64,000 nt of DNA from contig CM059432.1 of assembly GCA_030390025.1 (NCBI GenBank), positions 8,556,001-8,620,000 on the forward strand. The letters are read 5' to 3'. Source of the stretch: Squalus acanthias (lineage: Eukaryota). The translations under genes and the position numbers were made by a program. Position 1 is the first letter of the stretch; each line of letters opens with the position of its first letter. The notes beneath the pieces were generated by a model that had not been told where the DNA came from, ran no database searches, and worked only from the letters and a program-made list of their open reading frames with translations. Positions 11,922-23,296 of this stretch are shown here, piece by piece.

Positions 11922-12378
11922 GCTGTGACTCAGTGGGCAGCACCCTCACCTCTGAGTCAGAAGGTTGTGGGTTTAAGTCCCACCCCAGAGACTTGAGCAC
12001 ATAAAGCTATCTGACACTCCAGTGCAGGGCTGAGGGAGTGCTGCACTGTCGGAGGTGCTGTCTTTCTGATGAGACATTAAACCGAGGGCCCGTCTGTTCT
12101 CTCAGGTGGACGTAAAAGATCTCATGGCCACTATTTTGAAGAAGAGCAGGGGAGTTCTCCCCAGTGTCCTGGGCCAATATTCATCCCTCAATCAACATCA
12201 CTAAAACAGATTATCTTGTCATTATCACATTGCTGTTTGCGGGAGCTTGCTGAGTGCGAATTGGCTGCTGCGTTTCCTACATTACAACAGAGACTCCACT
12301 TCAAAAAGTACTTCATTGACTGTAAAGCGCTTTGGGACATCCAGTGGTCGTGAAAGGCGCTGTATAAATGCAAGTCTT
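11922..12378 (+). mobile_element. Full-length DeuSINE (SacSINE1-like)
   Basis: tRNA-like A/B boxes (TGACTCAGTGG, GTTTAAGTCC), central GATTATCT.GTCATTATCACATTGCTGTTTG domain, L2-like tail; copies at 40781, 41624 and 56237. Confidence 0.82.
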
Positions 12379-12881
12379 TTTGCAGGCTGGTGTTCACTGA
12401 AAGCAACTGTTGCTCTTTTCAGCTGCATAAACAGACTAGGATTGCAGTCAAGGCTGAAAATCACTTTACCTTGAGGGTCATGCAAAAGCAGTGCAGCATT
12501 AAATAGGTTTTGAAATGTGCGCAAACAAACTGGCTGGGCTTCCTTATGCCACCAGGCTTCCCTTCAGTTCAGCTTTGCGTTTGTTTTCAAAATGCATTAG
12601 GTTTTGTTGGACGTCTGACAGAAGTTCATGGAGTTAGCGTCGGGGAGATGGGTTGAGTGAGTAACCCAGAGCTGACACCTGGGATCTACTCTGCCATCTG
12701 CCTTTCTTCACTTTCCTGCCTGGAATTGTACGCATCTTCCAAATATTTAGTTTGTTGGCCTCGTCGCAACGAACAAATCAAAGCTTCAAGAAGCAGCAGC
12801 TCTGTTACAATGTAGTCAGGGATACTGATGGTTTGCATTACTGCCTGGAATCTCATTTCCATCAGAACGCTGAGCACAGTT

Positions 12882-13210
12882 CATAGATTTATAGAATCAT
12901 AGAATAGTACAGCATAGCAGGAGGCCATTCTGCCCATCGAGTCTGTGCCGGCTCTTTCGAAGAGCAATCCAATTAGTCCCACTCTTTCCCCATATCCCTG
13001 CAATTTTTTCTCCTTCAAGAATTTATCCAATTCCCTTTTGAAGGCAGCTATTGAATCTGTCTCCACCACCCTATCAGGCAGCGCATTCCAGATCCTAACC
13101 ACTCGTTGCGTAAAAACGTTTTTCCTCATGTCGCCTCTGGCTCCTTTGCCAATCACCTGAAATCTGTGCCCTCTGGTTACCGACCCTTCAGCCACTGGAA
13201 ACAGTTTCCC
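12882..13210 (-). mobile_element. CR1 3' fragment
   Basis: TRGH, FTQRVVRIWNALP motifs and tail. Confidence 0.85.
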
Positions 13211-13316
13211 ACATTACAACAGTGACTCCACTTCAAAACAAAAAGTACTTCATTGGCTGTAAAGCGCTTTGAGACGTCCGGTGGTCGTGAAAGGCGCTAT
13301 ATAAATGCAAGTCTTT
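13207..13316 (+). mobile_element. DeuSINE 3' fragment
   Basis: Matches 12275-12378. Confidence 0.75.
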
Positions 13317-13589
13317 CTATCTAAATCTTTCATGATTTTAAACACTTATTCCATTTCAGGGGAGGCACGATTCTTTTGGTAGCGTTCTAACCTTCAAAAG
13401 GCATTATTGGGTAGAAATGAGTGTTACCATGCAAAGGCGTAATGTGCTTGATCAAATTCCTCTGTCCACTCTTTTAACAGAGGTGTGGTTTTGCTCACCC
13501 TGATCTGCATGCCCCCGGCTAGGTGAAGGGCCTGAAGTTGGGGGTCTGCTGCTATTCGGTGCGACATGAGGAAAAACGTTTTTACGCAA

Positions 13590-14022
13590 CGGTGGCATAG
13601 TGGTTAGCACTGGTGCTTCACAGCGCCAGGGACCCGGGTTCGAATCTGACCTCGGGTGACTGTCTGTGTGGAGTTTGCACATTCTCCCCGTGTCTGCGTG
13701 GGTTTCCTCCGGGTGCTCCGGTTTCCTCCCACAGTCCAAAAATGTGCGGGTTAGGTTGATTTGGCTATGATAAATTGACCCTTAGTGTTAGGGGGGGATT
13801 AAATATGTGGGGTTATGGGGATAGGATAGGATGGGATATGTTAGGGGGAATTAAATACGTGGGGTTACGGGGGTAGGGTGGGATATGTGTACTGTGGGGA
13901 TTAAAGCAGTGGACAGGGTACTGGATTTGGATGATCAGCCATGATCGTATTGAATGGTGGAGCAGGCTCGATGGGCCGAATGGCCTACTCCTGCTCCTAG
14001 ATTCTATGTTTCTATGTTTCTA
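13590..14022 (+). mobile_element. HE1-like V-SINE with a CR1-derived 3' tail
   Basis: A box TGGCATAGTGG, B box GGTTCGAATC, V core TGTGTGGAGTTTGCACATTCTCCCCGTGTCTGCGTGGGTTTCCTCCGGGTGCTCCGGTTTCCTCCCAC, (TTTCTATG)n tail, TSD CTATTC. Confidence 0.88.
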
Positions 14023-14059
14023 TTCCTCAGACTTTCTTCTATCTGACTGGAGTGGCGGC

Positions 14060-14227
14060 CAATGTTCCCTCTAAGATGCGCGGCCGCGCAGTAATGGGAA
14101 AGGTCCCCGCGCAGGCCGCTCACCGGTTTCTCCATTATGCATTATGCGCATGCACGGAAATTTAAAGGGACTGCGCACTAAAAGAAGCAGGCCGCGCGGA
14201 ACAAAGCGCAGCTCACAGGGGAGATTG
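14060..14227. mobile_element. Short hAT-type MITE
   Basis: Imperfect 22-bp TIRs CAATGTTCCCTCTAAGATGCGC / GCGCAGCTCACAGGGGAGATTG; degenerate 8-bp flanks (5/8 match). Confidence 0.6.
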
Positions 14228-14689
14228 GTGTCAACCACTCTTGCAATCCGCTCATCGGTGTCAGGATGTTTCTGCGCTTGGGTGACACAGTCCCTACTTT
14301 CATAAGCCTATCCTTGAAAGGCACATGGGCGGGGTTTGATTCTGGCACAGAGCTCGCGTTGACAGCTTGGTTTCTCAGCTGCTGCGATCTTTGGGCTTGT
14401 AGGGAAACCGCCGGAGGGTCACGCAGAAGGGCACCGTTGATCTCGCAGGTGTGGGGGAGGCACAAGATTGGGCGTCTTGGAGGTGACTGAATAACCTCTC
14501 TGGTGGATTATTAGGTCCATACTGCAGCCTACAGGTGGCAGCCCGGCAATTGTGAATGGTGCAGGTGCATCTGCTGAATCTCAGAATGCTGAGAAAGACC
14601 AGGGAGGCACTGCTTATCATTAGGAAGGAGTCAATAGACACTAGATAGATACCAATAGACTGGACAATAGTCTTACTTCAATTACATGA

Positions 14690-15272
14690 AAAATAGTGGA
14701 ATCCATTATCAGGAGTGAACTTCAGGATTCTATGCACGATAATAGTCTGGTAAACAGCAGTCAACATGCCTTACGAAGAGGAAAATCTTTCCTGACCAAC
14801 CTTCTTGATCTCTTTGAGGAAGTGACAACTCACGTTGACTGTGGTCAACCCTACGACATTGCGCACTTGGACTTCCAAAAGGCATTTGACAAAGTTCCAC
14901 GCAAAAGGATATTAGTTCAGCTTCAGGCTGCAGGGATTCAGGGCAAGACTTAGGAATGGAGAGAAGGATTAGCGGGGAGTTGAGAACAACATTTTATTCA
15001 CCTATAAGGGTGGTGGGGGTCTGGAACTCACTGCCTGAATGGGTGGTAGAGGCAGAAACCCTCATCACATTTAAAAAGTACTTGGATATGCACTTGAAGT
15101 GCTGTAACCTACAGGGCTACGGACCAAGAGCTGGAAAGTGGGATTAGGCTGGATAGCTCTTTGACGGCCGGCACAGACACGCTGGGCCAAATGGCCTCCT
15201 TCTGTGCCGTAAATTTCCAAGATTCTAAGAAATTGGCTGAAGGATAGCAAACAATGGGTACGGATTAGAGGA
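14690..15272 (+). mobile_element. Old CR1 RT fragment interrupted by a younger CR1 3' end (about 14960-15228)
   Basis: LDFQKAFDKVP motif; RVVGVWNSLP and tail. Confidence 0.75.
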
Positions 15273-15605
15273 ATTATACTGGAGTAGGGGGAAAGACTGA
15301 GTGTCTTGTGTCCTTTCAATCCGTTGCTGCCTCAACTGATTTCTTTGCAATGCTGGATGCCCATTGCACATGGCCGTCCTTTAAACATGACGACCTACAC
15401 GTCCGATCACCCAATAGACCTCCCCAAGTGAATATTCCATGCTTCTTGTGAAGCTTTTAAACAGTTGGGCAAAGCTTCCAGTGTGCCCGACCTCATGTGC
15501 CACAGTCATGAATCAAGCCCACAGCGTCCTAGAATATGATTTATTTTCACAATACAGTAGTCACTTTCTCAAATATTGTATATTTACAACTATAGGCTGG
15601 GTTTA

Positions 15606-15908
15606 TAAGAACATAAGAACCTAGGAGCAGGTGTCGGCCTCGTGCCTGCTCCACCATTCAATAAGATCACGGTTGATCTTCGAATTCGACTCCACTTTCC
15701 CACCCTCTCCCCATATCCCTTGATTCTCTCAGTGTCCAAAAATCAATCGATCTCTGTCTTGAATAAACTCAATAACTGAGCCTCCACAGCCCTCTGGGGT
15801 AGAGAATTCCAAAGATTCACAACCCTCTGAGTGAAGAAATTTCTCTTCATCTCAGTCCGAAATGGCCAACCCCTTATCCTGAGACAATGAATCCTAGTTC
15901 TAGACTCT
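15606..15908 (-). mobile_element. CR1 3' fragment
   Basis: (TTCTTATG)n tail; same family as 7235. Confidence 0.8.
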
Positions 15909-16309
15909 AAGCAGTAGACTTATGGAGAAATAAATGCAATTACCCTGTTTTCTCCCTGGGTGGAGATGTAACCTTCATCGATCCTTTCGATCCTGACTCG
16001 CTGTACAAATTGTGAAGGAAAGCTCAAGATCTTTATAGGCCTCCAGTAATGCGCACTGTCCTTGATGATTCATTATGTCCAGATAAGAGTTACTGTGAAA
16101 AAGACCCCAGAAATGAGAGAGTTTCTACAAAACACCAGATGCCAACTTGTTTATCATCTAGGATGTAACTAATCACCCTGAGCTCATTGTCCCATCTCCT
16201 TATCTCAAAACTATCTTGGCTATCTCGTTTCACAATGTGGCGACAAAAAGAAGTCAACAGGCATGAATCACACATCCTGCACTTTCCTGCATATCCTGCA
16301 CTTTGTATC

Positions 16310-18218
16310 GGGTACGGTAGCATAGTGGTTACGTTACAGGACTAGTAATCCAGAGGCCTGGACTATAATCTGTAACCTCATGGCCTGGCATATTACTCAC
16401 TCTAACATTACCATCAGGCCAGGAGACCAAACCTGGTTCAGTGAGGAGTATAGCCAAGTGCCGCACCAGGTGTACCTAAAAGTGAGGTGCCAACCTGGTG
16501 AAGCTACAACACAGAACTACATGCATGCTAAACAGCGGAAGCAGCATGTTATAGACAGAGCTTATCGATCCCACAACCGACGGATCAGATCAAAGCTCTG
16601 CAGTCCTGCCACATCCAGTCCTGAATGGTGGTGGACAATGAAACAACTAACGGGAGGAGGAGGCTCCAAGAATATCCCCATCCTCAATTATGTTGGAGCC
16701 CAGCAAGTGAGTGCAAAAGACAAGGCTGTAATGTTTGCAACCATCTTCAGCCAGAAGTGCCGAGTTGAGGATCCATCCCTGCCTCCTCTAGTCTTCAGCC
16801 AATTCGATTCACTCCATGTGATATCAAGAAATGGTTGAACGCGCTGGAAACAGCAAAGGCTATGGGCAAAAAGCAGGACAAATCCAATCTGGCCAAATAC
16901 TGCCCCATCAGCCCACTCTCAATCATCAGCAAAGTGATGGAAGGTGTCGTCGACAGTGCTATCAAGCAGCACTTACTCACCAATAACCTGCTCACTGATG
17001 CCCAGTTTGGGATCTGCCGGGACCATCGGCTCCCGACCTCATTACAGCCTTGGCCCAAACATGGACAAAAGAGCTGAATTCCAGAGGTGAGGTGAGAGTG
17101 ACTGCCCTTAACATCAAGGCAGCATTTGACCGAGTGCGGCATCAAGGAGCCCTAATAAAATTGAAGTAAATGGGAATCAGGGAGAAAACTCTCGACTGGC
17201 TGGAGTCATGCCTAGCACAAAGGAAGATGGTTGTGGTTGTTGGAGGCCAATCATCTCAGCCCCAGGACATTGCTGCAGGAGTTCCTCAGGGCAGTGTCCT
17301 AGGCCCAACCATCTTCATCTGCTTCATCAATTACCTTCCCGCCATCATAAGGTCAGAAGTGGGGATGTTCGCTGATGATTGCACAGTGTTCAGTGCCATT
17401 CACAACTCCTCAGATAATGAAGCTGTCCATGCCCGCATGCAGCAAGACCTGGACGACATTCAGGTTTGGGTTGATAGGTGACAAGTAACATTTCCGCCAC
17501 ACAAGTCACAGGCAACAACTATCTGCAACAAGAGGGAGTCTAGCCACCACCCCTTGACACTCAACGGCGTTACCATCATCGTATACCTCACCATCAACAT
17601 CCTGGGGTCACCATTCACCAGAAACTTAACTGGACCAGCCACATAAACACTGTGGCAACAAGAACAGGTCAGAGGCTGGGTATTCTGTGGCGAGTGACTC
17701 ACCTCCTGACTCCCCAAAGGCTTTCCACCATCTACAAGGCACAAGTCAGGAGTGTGATGGAATACTCTCCACTTGCCTGGACACTCAAGAAGCTCGACAC
17801 CATCCAGACCAAAGCGGCCCGCTCGACTGGAACCCCATCCACCAACTTAAACATTCACTCCCTCCACCATCGGCACACCGTGACTGCAGTGTGTATCATC
17901 TACTTTCCAAGACTTCGGCAGCACCTCCGAAACCCGGGACCTCAACACCTAGAAGGCAGCAGACGCATGGCAACTCCACCACCTGCAAGTTCCCCTCCAA
18001 GTCACACACCATCCTGACTTGGAAGTATATCGCCGTTCCTTCATCGTCGCTGGGTCAAAATCCTGGAACTCCCTCCCTAACAGCACTGTGGGAGCACCTT
18101 CACCACACGGACTGCAATGGTTCAAGAAGGCAGCTCATCACCAACTTCTCAAGGGCAATTAGGGATGGACAATAAATGCTGGCCTTGCCAGCGACGCCCA
18201 CATCCCATGATAAATTAA
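16310..18218 (+). mobile_element. Decayed LINE family B (CR1/L2-group RT) preceded by a 60-nt tRNA-like head
   Basis: PISPLSIISKVME, IKAAFDRV, GVPQGSVLGP, FADD and QVRSVMEY motifs; 3' AATAAATGCTGGCCTTGCCAGCGACGCCCACATCCCATGA; many frameshifts. Confidence 0.85.
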
Positions 18219-19146
18219 AGCATCCTGAGAATGAACAACTTTACCCATTTCATTATTTCTAGCTACAGTACAAATCCACAAGCCATTAATAAGTAAAAAG
18301 AAAGCAAAAACCTCAATCATATGAGATTAAACCAAATCATAATCCTCCGCCTATATTTATATACGACTAGAGTATCTTACACCTGGTTCAGGCATGGGCA
18401 CGGCACATCGATGTTTTTGGTCTTTAACAATATGGCAGGTGGCGTACATCTGTTCGCAGTGAGCGTGCGCCTCCCGCCCGCCATATTGGAGGCTTAGGAG
18501 GCCGTTTAGTGCCAGAAAAACTAAGGTCTGCCGTTGCACATTTGTCCACGATACGACGAGCTTTCCCCGGCTTTCTTCAGTGCGGGTCTTGTGTGGGCCA
18601 AACTGCGGAAGGAATTGGCTCCATTCTATACGCTAATTACAAGTAGTCTCCAGCTCCAAGTACAATTCAGAGCATTGCTTTGATGGTCCCAGCCACTTTG
18701 CTTTCCCACGTTGTGCCTTTTTTTTTCTTTCCTGGCATCCGTCCAATTGGAAGGCAGCATCGCGCTCTGCGAATGTGCTGTGAGCGCTATGTTCTGGAGA
18801 GTCCCTGGAGCTGAACCAAGATTCGACAGAAGTTCTTTGTCGGGTTATGCAGGACAATGGTGCTGGGTTATTGATCCTTCTCTATGATCCACACTGGTGA
18901 GTGTATTGTCCAGTGTGCAAACTATCCAGCTTCTTCTTTACTCAAATGATATTTATTGGCATGCAACTTATGCAAGCATGTGGCCCGGAGTCACAAAAAA
19001 TTACAGTGAAAACCTTGTTTACTACTTGAAGTCTGGACCTGCAAAACAAATCCAGTTCATTCAAAACACAGTGAGCAAGATTCAACCCAAAAAATGTCTC
19101 CATAAATTTAATATTCCCTCCTAAATACGTTAGTCATAGAGTCATA

Positions 19147-19989
19147 GGGCAGAATTTTCATTGACCCGTGGAGGCGGGTTTGGAGGCGTGGGGGGGTTAA
19201 AGTTGCAGATTCGGGGGTCCCGAACCCATCCCGCCCCCAACCCGCCTCCATGCCAGTTTCACAGGAGGCGGGTACCCGACCTATGCTGGGACCTGCCTCC
19301 CCGAGGCAGGAAGGGGATTAGTGCCAATAAACTGCCTGTTAACAGATAGTTAACAGGAAGTTTTTTGCCTAATCCCTATTTTTAGCCCTGAAGTGTGGGC
19401 TTCCCGACAGGTCCGAACCATGCCGTTTTAGCGAGGCGGACCGTGGGTCTGGAGGGGTTGGAGGGGTCGATATGTCCGGTGGGCAGGTGAATGATGGGTG
19501 CATGTGTGCAGAGGTAAGTGTGTAAGGTAAGTGTAAAGTGTGGGAAGAAGTTTTACTTACCTTAACTTCCTCCTGCAGGTGTCAGCTCTTCAGGTCTCGG
19601 GAGTCAGAAATCTCACCGGCACAGAAAGCAGAATGGCCGTTGAGCTGTCAAAAGCTGCAGCCGCTGCTTTTTGTTCTGCAGAGATCTCTAAATCAGCCTG
19701 AGAGGCAGGAATTAACTTAGAGGACAGATTGTCAATGTTTGACAGCTTCACAGAGCTGTCAAACGCTGATATTTCATCTGTCAAAAGCTCTTGACAGATG
19801 AAATGTCAATCTGTGACGTCACGTGTTGCCGGGTGGCCCTTAATTGGCCTGCTGAGCCCACTGGGCGGGCTCAACAAGGTCAATTGAGGGAAAATCGAGT
19901 GGGTTGGCCACAAGTCGATGGAGGCGGGACTACAACCCAAAAAGTGGGAGTCCTGCCTCCATCACGTCCCCATTGACAAAATCCAGCCC
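19147..19989. mobile_element. Harbinger-type MITE, family C
   Basis: Ends GGGCAGAATTTT / AAAATCCAGCCC, TSD ATA, interrupts a CR1 tail. Confidence 0.8.
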
Positions 19990-21835
19990 ATAGAGTTCTA
20001 CAGTACAGAAAGAGGCCCTTCGGCCCATCGAGTCTGCGCCGGCCATCAAGCCCTGTCTATTCTAATCCCATTTTCCAGCACTTGGTCCGTAGCCTTGTAT
20101 GCTATGGCGCTTCAAGTGCTCATCTAAATGCTTCTTGAATGTTGTGAGGGTTCTTGCCTCTACCACCCTTTCAGGCAGTGAGTTCCAGATTCCAATCACC
20201 CTCTGGGTGAAAAAGGTTTTCTTCAAATCCCCTCTACACCTCCTGCCCCTTAACTTGAAACTATGCCCCCTGGTTATTGACCCCTCTACTAAGGTGAAAA
20301 GTTCCTTTCTATCTACCCTATCTATGCCCCTCATAATTTTGTACACCTCAATCAGGTCCCCCCTCAGCCTTCTCTGCTCTAAGGAAAACAACCCCAGCCT
20401 GTCCAGTCTCTCTTCATAGCTGAAGCGCTCCAGCCCAGGTAACATCCTGGTGAATCTCCTCTGCACCCTCTCCAATGCAATCACATCCGTCCTATAGTGT
20501 GGCGACCAGAACTGCACACAGTATTCCAGCTGTGGCCTAACTAGCGTTTTGTACAGCTCCATCATAACCTCCCTGCTCTTCTATTCTATGCCTCAGCTAA
20601 TGAAGGCAAGTATCCCATATGCCTTTTTAACCACCTTATCTACCTGTCCTGCTGCCTTCAGAGATCTATGTACATGCACACCAAGGTCCCTCTGATCCTC
20701 TGTCCTTCCTAGAGTCCTACCATTCATTGTGTATTCCCTTGCCTTGTTAGTCCTCCCAAAATGCATCACCTCACATTTTTCAGGGTTAAATTCCATTTGC
20801 CACTGTTCTGCCCATCTGACCAACCCGTCTATATCGTCCTGTAGCCTGAGACTTCCCTCCTCGCTATTTACCACTCCACCAATTTTTGTGTCATCTGCGA
20901 ACTTACTGATCATACCTCCTACATTCATATCTAAATCATTAATGTACACTACAAACAGCAAACGACCCAGCACCGATCCCTGCGGTACACCACTTCCAGT
21001 CACAAAAACAACCTTCGACCATCACCCTCTGCCTCCTGCCACTAAGCCAATTTTGGATCCAATGTGCCAAATTGCCCTGGATCCCATGGGCTCTTACTTT
21101 CTTGACCAGTCTCCCATGCGGGAATTTGTCAAAAGCCTTACTGAAGTCCGTGTGGACTACATCAACTACACTACCCTCATGCACACACCTCGTCACCCCC
21201 TCGAAAAATTCAATCAAATTGGTTAGACATGATCTCCCCCTGACAAAGCCATGCTGACTATCCTTAATAATCCTTGCCTCTCCAAGTGGAGACTAATTCT
21301 GTCCCTCAGAATTTTTTCCAATAATTTCCCTACCACTGATGTTAGGCTCACTGGCCTGTAATTCCCTGGTTTATCCCTACTACCCTTCTTGAATAATGGT
21401 ACTACGTTAGCTGTCCTCCAGTCCTCTGGCACCTCCCCTGTGGCCAGAGAGGTTTTGAAAATTTGTGTCAGAGCCCCTGCAATCTCCTCCCTTGCCTCAC
21501 ACAGCAGCCTGGGATACATCTCATCTGGGCCTGGGGATTTATCCACTTTTAAGCCCGCTAAAACCGCTAGTACCTCCTCCCTCTCAATACTAATTTGTTC
21601 AATTATATCACAATCACCCTGCCTGATTTCTATGCCTGCATCGTCCTTCTCCATAGTGAACACAGATGCAAAATATTCATTTAAAACCTCACCCACATCT
21701 TCCGGCTCGACACACAGATTGCCACTTTGATCCCTAATGGGCCCTAACCTTTCCCTAGTTATCCTCTTGCCCTTAATATACTTATAAAACACCTTGGGAT
21801 TTTCCTTTATTTTGCCCGCCAGTGTTTTTTCATGT
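19990..21835 (-). mobile_element. 5'-truncated CR1 LINE, (CTCTATGA)n-tail subfamily
   Basis: Frameshifted RT ORFs 21223-21852, 20939-21217, 20593-21003 (FADD) and 20062-20565; tail continues at 19132-19146. Confidence 0.93.
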
Positions 21836-21988
21836 TGTGTTATTACATTCATTTATTAAATATGTCCTTTGGAGAAGATAAAATAACCTGCTGAGATAAT
21901 ATAGAATGTATTAATTTCTTTCATGCGGGTAAGTTTGATGTTTGATGCATTCAAGGGGAAGCTAGATAGGCGCACGAGGGAGAAAGGT

Positions 21989-22968
21989 CAGCGTGCAGTT
22001 AAAATAAACCAGGTGCCTTTCTCGCCCATGTCCTGTCTGGCTCCCGCCACCTTCGATTTCAACCGGCTCTTGTGAGCAAGCGATGGAAGGGGACCCACCC
22101 CGGAGCCAGCGGGGTCCTCTTTAAATATGCAGATCAGGTCCAATGACATCATCGGGCCACGAGCACCATTGTAACTCCAACCGGAGCGGGGAGACCACTG
22201 CGGCTTCGGCACCGGCTGAACTCTTCAGCACAAGAGGCCATTCAAGGTAAGCATTATTTACTGATCTTTGTCGGGCCAGGAGGAGTAGGAGGTGCCGCAA
22301 GGAAAGTTTAGGCCTCCCCTGCCCAGGACTGCACCCCCCCTCCCCCTCCCCCCCCACCGCCTCCCACACTGCCCAACTTCTGTGCTGTAACCATCCTACG
22401 ATTCTAATATCCTGCTCACCTTTTCTTAACTTCCTGTCCACTTCCTGCCCAGTTTCTTCCACTTCCCGCACGCTTTGTTCCCATTTCCTGCCTAGATCAG
22501 GCGGGAAGTCGACTGGCGACACGTTAATGAGGCCCGGTGGGTCAAATTGCTTCAGGCAGGCGGTAATCTAACGGGACCCAGAGGAGCGCCGGGCTGCCAG
22601 ATCACGGCACGGACCCCGCGCTCAAAGAGGCAACGGGCCGCGACAAGTAAGTTGGACAATTCTTTTTTTTCCTGCCCGCCACCTGCCCTTTGGTTAGCGC
22701 CCCGCGAGCCTCCTGCCGCTCCGTTCCCGGGTCCTGTGAATCGGCCGCTGCCATCGCCTGCCGCAGATTCAGGGGCCGCGGGTCAATTTTGCAGGCGGGG
22801 CGAAAACGGGGCGCCGCGCACGGTGACGATGTCGTCACCACCTGTGCAGCGGAGCGGGGCGCTACCGGTTACTGCTGCCGCTAGACTCCCGGGCGAAAAG
22901 TCGTTTGTGCCCCATTAGCGCCCCCGGGGGCGCAAACGAGAGGTGCAAACGCACTGAATTTCTAGCCC
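21989..22968. mobile_element. Harbinger-type MITE remnant(s), right end only
   Basis: Ends ACTGAATTTCTAGCCC with subterminal sequence similar to families A and F; no left TIR found. Confidence 0.6.
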
Positions 22969-23296
22969 AAAAGCTTTAAGCCGAAGGTGATCTGATCACA
23001 TTGGCAGCAAACACTGAGAGATAAGCACAAATCTTAACCCGACATGGACATATGGTGAAAATGGAGCAACTCGCACTCGATTCAAAAGCTGAATGATTCA
23101 ATATGTGAACCAGAGAAACACACAGAGAAGCTCGGACTGTTTCAAGGTGCTATGCCGACAATATCTGGGTATGTAACTCCGGTGAATGGTGAGCAGATCT
23201 GAGTTCCAGGGATGAGCAAATTAGCTTCACTTAGCGCTGTTCAATATGATCCGAATAGAATCCAATCAAACTCAATGGCCGCGAATTTCGGCTCCT

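Noticed and set aside
13590..13660. tRNA gene (also at 11922, 16310 and 40781)
   Set aside because: The A/B boxes are SINE heads that continue into SINE cores; no complete cloverleaf is evident.
15930..16100. Candidate host exons here and at about 12470-12560, 18740-18900, 42090-42315 and 50915-50976
   Set aside because: Isolated splice-like motifs, in-frame stops or no recognisable protein, and no consistent exon chain. Short exons cannot be excluded without RNA-seq or homology search.
18340..18625. Possible old MITE
   Set aside because: GC-rich and MITE-like, but no TIR pair or TSD could be identified.
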